DNA from: an uncultured Actinomycetes bacterium
Lineage (GTDB): Bacteria; Actinomycetota; Acidimicrobiia; IMCC26256; DASPTH01
DNA: 64,000 nucleotides
Assembly (NCBI GenBank): GCA_963726965.1
Contig: CAVSEI010000001.1
Span: 31,924-95,923 of the forward strand
Reading direction: 5' to 3'
A model generated the notes under the pieces. The model saw only the letters and a program-made list of their open reading frames with translations, ran no database searches and was not told where the DNA came from. The stretch's first letter is position 1. Each line of letters opens with the position of its first letter. Both the position numbers and the translations under genes were made by a program. This document shows, one piece after another, positions 9,907 through 23,317 of this stretch.

Positions 9907-12268
9907 ATGGATCTGCTCACGGATCTGCAGGTGGTCGACTGCTCGTCGGGGATCCCCGGCGGGTACTGCGCCAAGCTGCTGGGCGACGCCGGCGCAGAGG
10001 TGATCAAGGTGGAGTCGGTCGCCGGCGATCCGCTCCGGCGCTGGACCAATCAGGGGTACTGGTCCGGGGCACCCGACGGTGAGGACGGCGCGCTGTTCCA
10101 GTTCCTCCACTTCGGTCACCGCTCCGTCGTGCAGGACGACGTCGACGACGACTTCTTCGCACTCCTCGCCGGCGCCGACGTCCTCATCACGGACGCGCAG
10201 GGGCTCGCGGCGGACCCGACCGCGCTGCACGACCGCTTCCCGCAGCTGGTGGTCGTCGCGATCACGCCGTACGGCCTCCACGGGCCGTACGCGGACCGCC
10301 CGTACACGGAGATCACCATCCAGGCCGAGAGTGGCGCACTCGCCGTGCGCGGGCACCCGAGCCGGGAGCCGGTGCAGGCCGGCGGGCGCACGATGGAATG
10401 GGTGAGCGGTCTCTACGCCGCGGTCGCGACGCTCGCGGCGACGCGCGCGGTGCGTCTCGGCGGGCCGGGCGAGCTCGTCGATCTCTCGATCGCGGAGGTG
10501 GCGAACACGACGGGAACGACCGCCGCCGATCTCATGGACTCGCTGCGCGGCCGTCCCGACACCGGCGGCCCCGGCCGCAGCTTCGAGACGCCGTCGATCG
10601 AGCCGACGTCGGACGGCTACGTCGGTTTCAACACCAACACGCGCACGCAGTTCGACAGCTTCCTCCTGATGATCGAGCGCGCCGACCTCATCGAGGACGG
10701 GTTCTGGGCACCGATCGCCAACCGGGTCATCAACTGGGAGGAGTGGAACGGGATCATCCACGCGTGGACCACCAAGCACACCACCGCCGAGGTGGTGGCG
10801 CTGGCGGCCGAGTTGCGGATCCCGGTCGCGCCGGTCTCGGACGGCCCCACGGTCGTCGAGTTCGAACAGGCCGTCGCCCGCGGCTCGTTGGTCGACGACC
10901 CGACCGGCACGTTCCGCGTGCCGCGCCGCTCGTGGCGGATCGACGGCGAGGGTTCACCGCCGCCGCGTCCTGCCCCGCGCCTGGGCGAGCACACCGGCAC
11001 CATCGTGCCGCGGCCCCCCAAGCCGGTGGCGACGCACGGCCCGGAGCTGCCCCTGCGCGGCGTGAAGGTGCTCGATCTCACCGCGTGGTGGGCAGGACCG
11101 TCGGCGGCGGCGATGCTCGGGGCACTCGGCGCCGACGTCGTGCACGTGGAATCCGTGACCCGCCCCGACGGCATGCGCTTCGCCGGGGGCATCGGTGTGG
11201 ACCGCGACAACTGGTGGGACTACAGCGCGCTCTTCCTCACCTCGAACACCAACAAGCGTGACCTCACCCTCGACCTCGCCCGGCCCGAAGGACGCGCCCT
11301 CGCGCTCCGGATGATCGAACAGTCGGACCTCGTCGTCGAGAACTACACGCCGCGCGTGATCGAACAGTTCGATCTCGGGTGGGACGTCGTGCACGCGACC
11401 GAACCCGCGCGCGGTGATGGTGCGGATGCCCGCATTCGGGCTCGACGGCCCGTGGCGCGACCGCCCGGGGTTCGCGCAGACCATGGAACAGGTCACCGGG
11501 CTCGCCTGGCTCACCGGCCACGTCGACGACCAGCCGCGGATCCAACGAGGTCCGTGCGACCCCAACGGCGGTATGCACGCGGTCGTCGGCGCGCTCGTTG
11601 CGCTCGAGGTGCGCGATCGCACCGGGATCGGCTCCCTGGTGGAGTCGACGATGTTCGAGGCCGCGCTCAACATCTCGGCCGAGCTCATCGTCGAATGGAC
11701 CGCGTACGGCAATCCGCTGTTCCGGGAGGGGAGTCGGAGCCCGTGGGCCGCGCCGCAAGGCGTCTACGCGACCGACACGCCGGAGCGCTGGTTGGTGCTC
11801 TCGGTCGCGACCGACGAACAGTGGTCGGCGCTGGTCGACGCGCTCGGGCGCCCGGACTGGGCGACCGATCCCGCGCTCCTCACGCACGCCGGACGCCGTC
11901 ACGCGCACGATCTTCTCGACGAGAAGCTCTCGGCGTGGGCCGCCGAGACCGACCTCGACAAGGCGGTCGACCTGCTCATCACCGCCGGTGTCCCGGCGGC
12001 GCCCTCGTTCGACGCCCGCCGCACGTCGGAGCACCCGCAATACATCGCCCGCCGCTACTACGAGTATCCCGAGCATCCGGTGATCGGGGTGCGCGGCCAT
12101 CCGTCGGTGCCGTTCCGCTTCGCCAGCGTCGACCACTGGATCGACACCGCCGCGCCCATGCTCGGTGAGCACAACCACGAGATCCTGACCGGGCTCGGCC
12201 TCTCGGCCGAGGAGATCGCCGAGCTCGAAGCGGCCGACATCATCGGCACCCGACCCCTCGGACTCTGA
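9907..12268 (+). CDS. Family III CoA-transferase, tandem two-domain (frameshift near 11400)
   Basis: ORFs 9907..12168 and 11414..12268 join; paralogous to 6601..8928 (LDLTAWWAGP, RMPAFGLDGPWRDR). Confidence 0.88.
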
Positions 12269-12279
12269 GAGAGCAGGCC

Positions 12280-13467
12280 ATGACCACCACCGGCACGCCC
12301 ACCGATGTCTTCGACCGCGTCGCCGTCATCGACGTCGACACCCACCTCACCGAACCGCCCGACGTGTGGACCGCGCGCGTGCCCGAGCGCGCTGCATGAC
12401 CAGGTGCCTCACGTCGAACGCATCGACGGCAACGATGTGTGGATGGCCGCCGGCGAGCGGCTCGGCCATCCCGGGTACTACTCCATGGCCGGGTTCGACG
12501 GGGTCATGCCGGTGTCGATCCCGAAGACGTTCGACGACATCCCGGCGTCGATGTACGACGCCGACGCACGGCTCGTCTTCCTCGACGAGCAGGGCATTCG
12601 CGCCCAGGTGCTGTACCCCAACGTCGGGGGCTTCGGGAATGGCTACTTCCTCCGTCTCGGCGATCGCGACCTCGTCGCTCGCGGTGCGTGCGCGCGTACA
12701 ACGATTTCCTGACCGACTGGTGCAGCGCCGATCCCGACCGACTGCTCGCGGTCACCGCGCTGCCGTTCTGGGACGTCGACCTCGCCATCGCCGAGTTGCA
12801 CCGCGGCATCGAGCTCGGCCACCGGGCGGTCAACTTCTGCAACCAACCTCAGGACTACGGCCAGCCGCCGCTCGCGCACAAGCACTGGGACCCGGTGTGG
12901 GCGGCGGCCCAGGAAGCCGGAGTGTCGGTGAGCTTCCACGTCGGCGGTGGGTCGATGGGCACACAGTTCGGCGACACCGCCGAGATGGGGTGGATGACCA
13001 ACTTCGCCAAGGTGTCGTCGTTCATCTTCCTCGACAACCTCCGCTGCATCGGCGACCTCATCTTCGGCGGGGTGTGCCACCGGTTCCCCGATCTGAAGTT
13101 GGTGTCGGTGGAGTCCGGCGTCGGCTGGATCCCGGCGGCCCTGGAGACCTTCGACTGGCAGTGGCGCAACGGCGGTGTGCGCGACGAGCACCCCGAGTAC
13201 GAGCTCTTGCCGAGCGAGTACTTCCGTCGCCAGATCTATGGCTGCTTCTGGTTCGAACAGCAGGTCGCGCTCGACGCGATCGAGCAGTACCCCGACAACA
13301 TCTTGTTCGAGAGCGACTACCCGCACCCGACGTGCCAGCACCCCGGCCCGCGTACGCCGGCGCAGCGGCCGCGTGACTACGCCGACGGCCTGCTCGCCGC
13401 GCTCCCCGACGCCGTGGTCAACAAGGTGCTGCACGACAACGCGGCCGCGGTGTATCGACTCCCGTGA
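12280..13467 (+). CDS. Amidohydrolase_2 family protein (frameshifts near 12385 and 12680)
   Basis: VIDVDTHLTEP, AYNDF, SFHVGGG, VESGVGW, FESDYPHP spread across frames. Confidence 0.82.
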
Positions 13468-14244
13468 CCGACCTGGAAGCCCCCGACCTCGGGAGCCGTC
13501 ACCTCGTCGCCCACGTCGCGGACCGCGTGCTCGCACGTGCGCGTCGACCGGGTCGATCGACGCAACGCGTTCACCCAGGACATGTACCGCGGCCTCAAGC
13601 GCGCCGCGATCTGGGCGGATCGTCAACCCGAACTCGACGCGGTGTGCCTCACCGGTACCGACGAGTGGTTCGGAGCTGGTGGTGATCTCGCCGGTCAGGC
13701 GGAGGATCCCGAGGGCCTGGCGTCGGAGTGGGACGGCACCGACCATTTCCCGTTCCGCCACATCGAGCGGTGTCGCAAGCTGTGGGTGGCCAAGATCAAC
13801 GGGGTCTGTCACGCCGGCGGCCTCGACCTCGCGCTCCATTGCGACGTGACCATCGCTTCGGATCGCGCCCGGTTCCGCGTTCCCGAGTTGCTGCGCGGCC
13901 TTCCCGATCCCTTCATGTCGGCGCGTCTGGTCGACGTCGTCGGCCTTTCCCGGGCGCGGTACCTCTTCTTCACCGCCGTCGAGATCGACGCCGCCAGTGC
14001 CGCGGCGATGGGACTCGTCGGTGAAGTCGTGCCGCACGACGAGCTCGACGGCCGCACCGACTGGATCCTCGAGCAGATCCGGGCCACCGGACCGGTGGCG
14101 CGCGTGACGATCAAGCGTGACCTCAACGCACAACTCCGACCCAGCGACCTCGGACTGTTCATGGTCGCCGGACTGTCCGCCGAGATGACCGAGGGCATGG
14201 GCGCCTTCGTCGAGAAACGAGCTGCGACATGGCCACGACCCTGA
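13464..14244 (+). CDS. Enoyl-CoA hydratase/isomerase family (frameshift near 13535)
   Basis: DRRNAF, FGAGGDL, KINGVCHAGGLDLALHCD, EGMGAFVEKR. Confidence 0.85.
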
Positions 14245-15067
14245 CCCTGACCATCACTCCGGTGACCGGCACGATCGGCGCGGTCGTCGACGGGGTCGAC
14301 CTCACCGCGCCGCTCGACGCCGCCACCCTGCACGAGGTGCGCGACGCGTTGCACGAACACTCGGTGATCTTCTTCCGGGGACAGGATCTCACCGAGGACG
14401 AGCAGATCGCGTTCGGTCGAACTTCGGCACGGTCGGTCCCTACGCGTTGACGAAGATGCTGGGGGGCGACAGCCTCACCTCGATCATCGAGGACACCGCC
14501 GACAGCCCGCCCGACGCCGACGGTTGGCACACCGACGTGAGCTGGGTGGCGGAACCGCCCGTGTACGCATTTCTGAACGCGCGGGCTCGTCCCCCCGGCC
14601 GGGGGCGACACGATGTGGTCGAGTCTGTTCGCGGCGTACGACGCGCTCTCGCCGGTCATGCAGCACCTCTGCGACCAGCTCACCGTCCGCCACCACGCGG
14701 GCAGGATTTCCACGAACGGATCGAACGCACCATCGGCCGTGAGATCGCCGATCGGGTCGCCCGCGAGTTCCCGCCGGTCGAGCACCCGCTCGTTCGTACC
14801 CACCCCGTCACTGGACGCCGTGCGCTCTTCGTGTCGGGGCGCTTCATGGACCAGATCGTCGGCATGCACCGCGACGAGAGCGACGCGCTCCTCGACTATC
14901 TGAACCGCCACATCGAGAACCCGAACTTCTGCGTGCGGTGGCGCTGGCACGAGCACGACGTCGCGGTGTGGGACGAAGCGAGCACCAACCACCGCGCCCT
15001 CTCCGACCACTTCCCGCAGCACCGGATCATGCGCCGTTGCACGGTCGATGGCGCCCGTCCCTCCTAG
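14229..15067 (+). CDS. TauD/TfdA Fe(II)/2-oxoglutarate dioxygenase (several frameshifts)
   Basis: IGAVVDGVDL, WHTDV, HPLVRTHPVTGR, WDEASTNHRA. Confidence 0.85.
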
Positions 15068-15077
15068 GCTCCCCGCG

Positions 15078-15651
15078 GTGATCCTGTCTGACGTCACCAT
15101 TCGCGAGGAACTTGCGCGCCGGGCGGATCGTCATCGAACCCCTGGGCGACGACTCCGTGCAACCGTCTTCGGTCGATCTCCACGTCGATCGCTACTTCCG
15201 GGTGTTCCGGAACGACACGACACCGTTCATCGATCCGAAGCAGCACCAGGAGGACCTCACCGAATTGGTGGAGGTGAGCGAGGGGGGCGCCTTCATCCTG
15301 CATCCCGGCGAGTTCGTGCTCGGATCGACCCTGGAGCGGGTCGCACTTCCCGACGACCTCGTCGCCCGACTGGAAGGAAAGTCTTCGCTGGGCCGCCTCG
15401 GCCTGCTGATCCACTCGACGGCCGGCTTCGTCGATGCGGGATGGGACGGCCATCTCACGCTCGAGTTGTCGAACGTGGCCAACCTGCCGATCGCGTTGTA
15501 TCCCGGGATGAAGATCGGCCAGATCTCGTTCCTGCGCATGACGACGGCGGCGGAGCACCCGTACGGGAGTGAAGTCACCGGCTCGAAGTACCAGGGTCAG
15601 CGGGGGCCGACTCCGTCGCGCTACTACCTCAACTTCCGCGACGACGACTGA
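15078..15651 (+). CDS. dcd: dCTP deaminase (frameshift near 15115)
   Basis: [12 protein letters not shown]; [42 protein letters not shown]. Confidence 0.92.
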
Positions 15652-15670
15652 CGTCGATCGACGCCTCGCG

Positions 15671-16244
15671 ATGCCCGAGCCGACGCGCTGCGAGTGGGCC
15701 GGGACCGACCCGCTCATGGTCGCCTATCACGACGACGACTGGGGTGTCCCGACGCATGACGACGCCGACTTGTTCGAATTGCTCACGCTCGAAGGCGCGC
15801 AAGCGGGGCTGAGCTGGCGGACCATCCTCAACAAGCGTGAGGGATACCGCGCCGCGTTCGCGAACTTCGACGTGGCGCGCGTCGCGTTACTCCGACGCCG
15901 ACGTCGACCGGTTGCTCCAGGACGCGTCGATCGTCCGTCACCGCGGCAAGATCGAGTCGACCGTCAACAACGCGCACGCGATCCAGCGGGTGCGAGACGA
16001 ACACGGCAGCTTCGACGCTTACGTGTGGCGGTTCGTCGACAACACGCCGATCGTCGGTCACCACGAGCGGGTCGATCAACTTCCCGCGGTGACGAAGGTG
16101 TCGACCACGTTGAGCAAGGACATGAAACGCCGCGGGTTCCGGTTCGTGGGGCCGACGACGGTGTACGCGTTCATGCAGGCCGCGGGCTTGGCCGACGATC
16201 ACGTCCGCACGTGCTTCCGGCACCGGTCCGGACCGGGTCGGTGA
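15671..16244 (+). CDS. tag: DNA-3-methyladenine glycosylase I (frameshift near 15890)
   Basis: RCEWA, YHDDDWG, LEGAQAGLSWRTIL, IVRHRGKI, GFRFVGPTTVYAFMQA, DHVRTC. Confidence 0.92.
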
Positions 16245-16723
16245 ACGACCGGCGCGAACGGCGACGCCACGGCCGCGACGCCGCGCTGCTCGTCCTCGCG
16301 GTGGTGCTCGTCGTCGGCGCGATCGCGGCCGGCGTGGCGGCGATCGTGTTGCGGTCGGACACGTCGGATCTCCGAGCTCGAGCGGCGCCGATCCAACGCC
16401 AGGTCCGAGCGCTGACCGCGAGCGAAGACCACGCCGAGCTCAGGCTGCGAACGTTGCGCGACCGCAGTGAGACCGCGACGGCTCGACTGAGCGGGCTCTT
16501 CGCCGCGTATCAGGCTCAGATCGACGCCAGCAACCACGCGGTCGACGTCGCGAATCAGGCCGTCGACCAGTACAACAACGGACGGGTCGGGATCGCCGCC
16601 GCGTTCCAGGGTGCCGGCGACGCCGCGATCGCGGACCTCGAAGCAAAGACCGCTGCAGTGACGGCTGCGGTCGCCGCGGTGCAGCAGGCAGTCACGGCGC
16701 TGGAGCAGGCCGCGCGTGGCTGA
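16241..16723 (+). CDS. Hypothetical single-pass membrane protein with coiled coil
   Basis: GTGA overlap with tag; basic N-terminus, one hydrophobic helix, Ala-rich helical domain. Confidence 0.65.
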   Translation: MNDRRERRRHGRDAALLVLAVVLVVGAIAAGVAAIVLRSDTSDLRARAAPIQRQVRALTASEDHAELRLRTLRDRSETATARLSGLFAAYQAQIDASNHAVDVANQAVDQYNNGRVGIAAAFQGAGDAAIADLEAKTAAVTAAVAAVQQAVTALEQAARG

Positions 16724-17168
16724 GCGACGCGTGTTCCGGGTGCGGCTGCTCATGGCGGGGCTGGCCCTCGTGGTGGCGGGGCTGGCCGTGGCGCTGCTCG
16801 TCCAGAGTTGGCGGGATCGGGACGACGCCCGGCATGACCTCGCGGCGGCGCGAGTGGCCCTCGCGGATGAGCGCTCGATCAGCTCGGCCTCGGGTGCGGA
16901 ACTCCGGAGCGCCCACCGGATCATCGCCACGATCGAGGACCAGCTCCCGGCGGTCCCTCCCGCGGCAACGGCCATCGCCAAGTTCGACGCGCAGGACCTG
17001 GACGCGGTGCGCGCTGCGGTCCAGGCAGGACTCGCCGGAGACCTCGGCGCGTACAACCAGTCGGTCGATCAGCGCGACGTCGTCGACCCCCAGCACGATG
17101 TTGCGCTCGAGCAACTGCGCAAACAGGCGAACGCGATCATCACCGCGCTGGATCAGGTCAGGGGCTGA
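16716..17168 (+). CDS. Hypothetical single-pass membrane protein with coiled coil
   Basis: Overlaps the previous gene; N-terminal TM helix, helical C-terminal domain. Confidence 0.65.
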   Translation: MAERRVFRVRLLMAGLALVVAGLAVALLVQSWRDRDDARHDLAAARVALADERSISSASGAELRSAHRIIATIEDQLPAVPPAATAIAKFDAQDLDAVRAAVQAGLAGDLGAYNQSVDQRDVVDPQHDVALEQLRKQANAIITALDQVRG

Positions 17169-17985
17169 AGAGGCCGCTCACGTTGGTCGGTTGGAGCTGT
17201 ACCGCTCGGAACCGGTCGATGAGGGTCGGGAAGCCGTCAGGCGTGAACTCCGTGAAGTGGATCAGCACGATGGTCCCGTTCCCCGCGCCCGACATGACCT
17301 TGTTGATGAACGCGGTGTTGCCCTTCACGCCGTTGGCGTCGACCGTCCACATCGTCATCGAGTACCCGAACGACTTGATCACGTTCATGATGCGCGGATC
17401 TCCGCCGCTCGTGAACCCGCCACCACCGCCGGGTGGTCGCATCAGACGCATGGTGTACGGATAGGACGGGCCGAGGCATTGCGCGAGCAGATCCTTGGTG
17501 TGTTGCATCTCGTACCGGATCTGGTCGTCGGTCAGTTTGGTGAGGTTCGAGTGGGTGTAGGTGTGGTTCCCGATCTCGTGACCTTCGGTCACCGCCCGGC
17601 GCCACACGTCTTGACGGCCGAGGTTGATGTGCTGCTCGATGGCGCCGCCGGTCGGGAAGAACGTGAGCTTCACGCCCTTGGCCTTGGCGACGTCCATCGC
17701 CGCACTGGCGTTGTCGGCACCGAAGGTGCCCCACATGTCGTCGATGGTGATGGCGACCCGGGGCTTGTCGGTGGGTCCGTTGTGGATCCACGGCGGGAGC
17801 GGGGGAAGCAGTCGTTTGAGCTCGTGCCGGGCGGCGATCGGTGGCACGGTCGGCGTCGGGGGGCGGACCGACCGCGCGGCCGCGGCCCCCCCGAGGGCGA
17901 ACGCGCTGAGCTCGGCGGCGGCGAGCGTGGTCCCGGCCAGGCCGGCTCTCACCAGAAACTGTCGGCGGGAGAGCTGGCGCGCCAC
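17158..17985 (-). CDS. Tat-secreted polysaccharide deacetylase (CE4/NodB)
   Basis: SRRQFL twin-arginine signal; TIDD, HEIGNHTYTH, RPPGG, IVLIH. Confidence 0.85.
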   Translation of the reverse strand: MARQLSRRQFLVRAGLAGTTLAAAELSAFALGGAAAARSVRPPTPTVPPIAARHELKRLLPPLPPWIHNGPTDKPRVAITIDDMWGTFGADNASAAMDVAKAKGVKLTFFPTGGAIEQHINLGRQDVWRRAVTEGHEIGNHTYTHSNLTKLTDDQIRYEMQHTKDLLAQCLGPSYPYTMRLMRPPGGGGGFTSGGDPRIMNVIKSFGYSMTMWTVDANGVKGNTAFINKVMSGAGNGTIVLIHFTEFTPDGFPTLIDRFRAVQLQPTNVSGLFSP

Positions 17986-17987
17986 CG

Positions 17988-20206
17988 CTACAACCCCGGC
18001 TGGAACTCCGCGGTGAGCGGCGCGGGGGCGCGCTCGCCGGCCTCGATCGCCTCGATGAGGAGTTCGGCGATGTCCTGGACCTTGACGTCTTCGTCGCGGC
18101 CCTTCTCCTTCACGCCGTCGTCCATCATCACGTAGCAGAACGGGCACGCCACGGCGATGCGCTGCGCGCCGGTCTCCAGTGCTTCTTCGGTGCGCTCGAT
18201 GTTCACCTTCTTGCCGATCTTCTCTTCCATCCACATGCGCGCGCCGCCCGCGCCACAGCACATGCCCTTGGTGCCGTTGCGCGGCATCTCGACGATGTCG
18301 ATGCCGCCGAGCTGCCCGATGACGTTGCGCGGTGCGAGGTAGACGTCGTTGTGACGGCCGAGGTAGCAGCTGTCGTGATAGGTGACGCGCTCGTTGAGCG
18401 TCGCGCCGGCCAGCGACAGCCGGCCGTCGGTCACCAGCTGGCTCAGGAGCTGCGAATGGTGCACGACCTCGTAGTTCCCGCCCAGCTGCGGGTACTCGTT
18501 CTTGAGGGTGTTGAAGCAATGCGGGCACTGCGTGATGATCTTCTGGACGCCGAGGCCGTCGAGCGATTCGATGTTCTGCATCGCCAGCATCTGGAAGATG
18601 TACTCGTTGCCCGAACGGCGCGCCGGATCACCGGTGCAGAGTTCGCTCGGACCGAGGATGGCGAAGTCGAGCCCGGCGCGCTGGAGCAGCTTGGCGACGG
18701 CGCGACTCGTCTTCTTGTTGCGGTCGTCGAACGAACCCGCGCAGCCGATCCAGTACAGGTATTCGTGCCCGAGCGGCCCCGACCCGGCCTCGACGATGTC
18801 GACGCCCTCGAGCTCGGCCGCCCAGTCGCCGCGCTCGCCCTGGTTCATTCCGTACACGTTCGACGAGTTCTCCATCGACCGGTAGGTGTTGCCCAACTCG
18901 ACCGGGAAGTCGCTCTCCATGAGCGAGAGGTACCGGCGCATGTCGAGGATCTTGTCGAGGATCTCGATGTTGACCGGGCAGATCTCGTCGCACGCCTTGC
19001 ACGACGTACACGCCCACAGCTCCTCGGAGGTGATGCGCTCGAACACGGAGTCGGCACTGATCGTGATGCCGCGTGCCGTGCTCACGGGTGGCGACACGAC
19101 GGGATCGCCGGTCGCCGCCATCACCTCGCCGACCTTCAACACGATCTCGCGCGGGTCGAGCGGCTTCCCCGTCGCGTGGGCGGGCACACCGACGTGCAGC
19201 GCCCGCACACCGTGCACGCGTCGGTGTCGAAGAGCTGCTTCCACGTGAAGTCCTCGACCGTCGCCGCACCGAACGTCTCGAGGTCGGTTTCCATCAGGTT
19301 CGGCATGGGCTTCATCGCGCCCTTGGGCCGGTCCTTGTCCTTCAGGTACATGTTCATCGGCGACGTGATCATGTGCCGCAACTTGGTGGTGGGCAGGATG
19401 ATCAGGAACGCGAGGAACGCCGCGAAGTGGATCCCCCACAACCACTGGTGCGCGGTGTTGAGGTCGGTCGCCGACCAGCCGTCGAACAGTGACGACAGCG
19501 GGTATCCGACAAACGACCATTTCTCGAAGTCGGGCCGCCCGAGCTGGGCGATGCGCAGGGCCTCGGTCAGGAAGCCGGTGAGCGCGATGACGAGGAAGGT
19601 GAGCAGGATGACCGCGTCCTCGGGCTTGGTCTTGATGCGGATCCGGTACGGGCGCTCGAGGTAGCGGCGGGCCAGCGCCCAGAGGATGCCGACGGTGAAC
19701 ACCGCGCCGGCGAGGTCGGCGGTGAACGTGTACCCCTCGTAGACCCCACCGTGCAGGAACTTGAGGTTGTCCGGGAGCTGGTGGTCGATCTCGAGCACCA
19801 CCGTGGCGATGAACAGCCAGAGGAAGCCGAAGTAGATGCACGAGTGCATGAGTCCCGCGGCGGGGTCGCGGAGCAGGGTCTGCATCCACACCCCGGCCCG
19901 GAAGTCGCGCATCCGACGGTGGAGGTTGCGCTTGGTGGTGCGCCGGTCGTCGGGTCCGCCGCGCTCGTAGTTGCGCACCCGTTGGCTCACCAGCCACGCA
20001 CACACGAACAGCATGACCGCAACGGTGGCGTAGAAGGCCCAGTACATTGCGTCGGGAACGCCGCCGAAGGGCTCCCGCGCCACGGAGGAGTCGTCGGCCC
20101 ACTCGGTGATCCGCGGCGCGATGCCCGACGCAATGGTGCCGAGCGCGACCAGCGCGCCGACGACGAGCACGAGCTGGTGCGGCTTGGGGAGCTTCCGTCG
20201 CTTCAC
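17988..20206 (-). CDS. Membrane Fe-S oxidoreductase (FadF/HdrD-like; TM domain, two 4Fe-4S motifs, CCG domains), frameshift near 19185
   Basis: TM helices; CTVCGRCTSVCP, CTSCKACDEICP, YHDSCYLGR, CCGAGG. Confidence 0.88.
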
Positions 20207-20241
20207 GACGGGAAAGTTACTGCCAGCGACGCCCCCACTCC

Positions 20242-20292
20242 CGTTTTGGCGTCACTCGTGCGCCATCACGACGCACCAGTGACGCCAAAACG
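20242..20292. repeat. REP-like palindrome, family B copy 1
   Basis: CGTTTTGGCGTCACT...AGTGACGCCAAAACG 15-bp arms; near-identical copy at 55362..55410. Confidence 0.85.
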
Positions 20293-20712
20293 CTAGAGGT
20301 TCCGCGCGTCCTGTTCTCGGAGGCGGCGGGCGAGCCCGGTGAGGAGCTTCTTCGAGAATCCGGGGTGATCGAGCAGTTCGTCGAACGCGCGCTGGCCGAT
20401 CTTGGCCACGTGGAGTTCGGTGTCGGCGATCACGCTGGCGTTCCTCGGTGCCCGATCGAGCAGCGCGAGGTCACCGAAGAATCCACCGGGGCCGAGCGCA
20501 GCCACGTGGCGGCCGTGGCGCTCCACCCGCGCCCGGCCCTCGAGGATCACGAAGAACTCGGTGCCCGCGGCGCCCTCGGTCACGACCACCTTGCCGGCCG
20601 GGATCGCGAGGTGCTCGGCGCTCTTCGTCACCATCTGCAGTTCCTTCTTGGAGCAGGCGGAGAAGAGGGGCACGGTTCCGAGGGTCTCGACGAACGGATC
20701 GGATCGGGCCAC
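20293..20712 (-). CDS. Stand-alone cyclic nucleotide-binding domain protein
   Basis: VPLFSAC, FFVILEG, GFFGDLALLDRAPRNASV. Confidence 0.88.
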   Translation of the reverse strand: MARSDPFVETLGTVPLFSACSKKELQMVTKSAEHLAIPAGKVVVTEGAAGTEFFVILEGRARVERHGRHVAALGPGGFFGDLALLDRAPRNASVIADTELHVAKIGQRAFDELLDHPGFSKKLLTGLARRLREQDARNL

Positions 20713-20767
20713 GGCAGAAATCTAACCCCGTCGGTCAAGTGACGGGAATGCACAGCCGATGGGTAAA

Positions 20768-20788
20768 GTTGATAGTCAGACACTCAAT
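20768..20788 (+). promoter_or_regulatory. HAIR (HspR operator) upstream of dnaK
   Basis: GTTGATA-N7-ACTCAAT versus consensus CTTGAGT-N7-ACTCAAG; hspR is in the operon. Confidence 0.75.
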
Positions 20789-20835
20789 CTTCTAGCATCA
20801 ACGACATACAGGATCGCCCACAGGAGGCAACGCCC

Positions 20836-22689
<1,854 letters not shown>

Positions 22690-22693
<4 letters not shown>

Positions 22694-22779
22694 GCGTGTG
22701 CGAGGTCGGTCTCCGGCCGAGGAGCGAACGCCAATTGTTCGAACGCCAATTGTGCGAACGCCAATTGGAGGAGGCGTGA
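22690..22779 (+). repeat. 15-bp tandem repeat x3 (CGAACGCCAATTGNN, 22725-22769) inside a 29-aa mini-ORF linking dnaK to grpE
   Basis: GTG at 22690 overlaps the dnaK TGA; TGA at 22777-22779 overlaps the grpE GTG; [29 protein letters not shown]. Confidence 0.75.
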
Positions 22780-23303
22780 ACGGGAGCGACGCATTCGACG
22801 ACGAGGTTGCCGCGGCGGCGGCCGAGGTCGAGGAGGCCGAAGCCGCGGTCGAGTCCGACCTGTCGCAGTTGGAGGGCGAGCGCAACGACCTCGTCGACAC
22901 CTTGCGGCGCGTGCAGGCGGATTTCGAGAACTACCGCAAGCGCGTGCAGCGCGAGCAGACGACGCTGGTCGAGCGCGCCACCGAGCGATTGGTCGAGGAT
23001 CTCCTGCCGATCCTCGACTCGTTCGACGGTGCCCTCGGCAGCCTCGGCGCGGCTGAGAGTCCCGAGCAGGAGAAACTGCGCAGCGGCGTGCAGGGAATTC
23101 ATTCGCAGCTCGTCGCGGTGTTGCAGAAGGCGGGCCTCGAGCGCATCGAGGCCGACGGCGCGCCGTTCGACCCCAACGAGCACGAAGCGGTGATGCAGGA
23201 CGACGGCCTCGGCGAACCCCACGTCGCCGAGACCATGCGCCGCGGCTACCGGCTCAAGGGTCGCGTGGTGCGTCCCGCCATGGTCCGCGTCACGTGCGTG
23301 TAG
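22776..23303 (+). CDS. grpE: Nucleotide exchange factor GrpE
   Basis: [35 protein letters not shown]. Confidence 0.95.
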   Translation: MNGSDAFDDEVAAAAAEVEEAEAAVESDLSQLEGERNDLVDTLRRVQADFENYRKRVQREQTTLVERATERLVEDLLPILDSFDGALGSLGAAESPEQEKLRSGVQGIHSQLVAVLQKAGLERIEADGAPFDPNEHEAVMQDDGLGEPHVAETMRRGYRLKGRVVRPAMVRVTCV

Positions 23304-23317
23304 AGCGAGCGAGTGAG

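Noticed and set aside
15569-16723. Tag-membrane protein fusion ORF
   Set aside because: Artefact of the frameshift in tag
22725-22769. CRISPR array
   Set aside because: The repeats are contiguous 15-mers without spacers, and there are no cas genes
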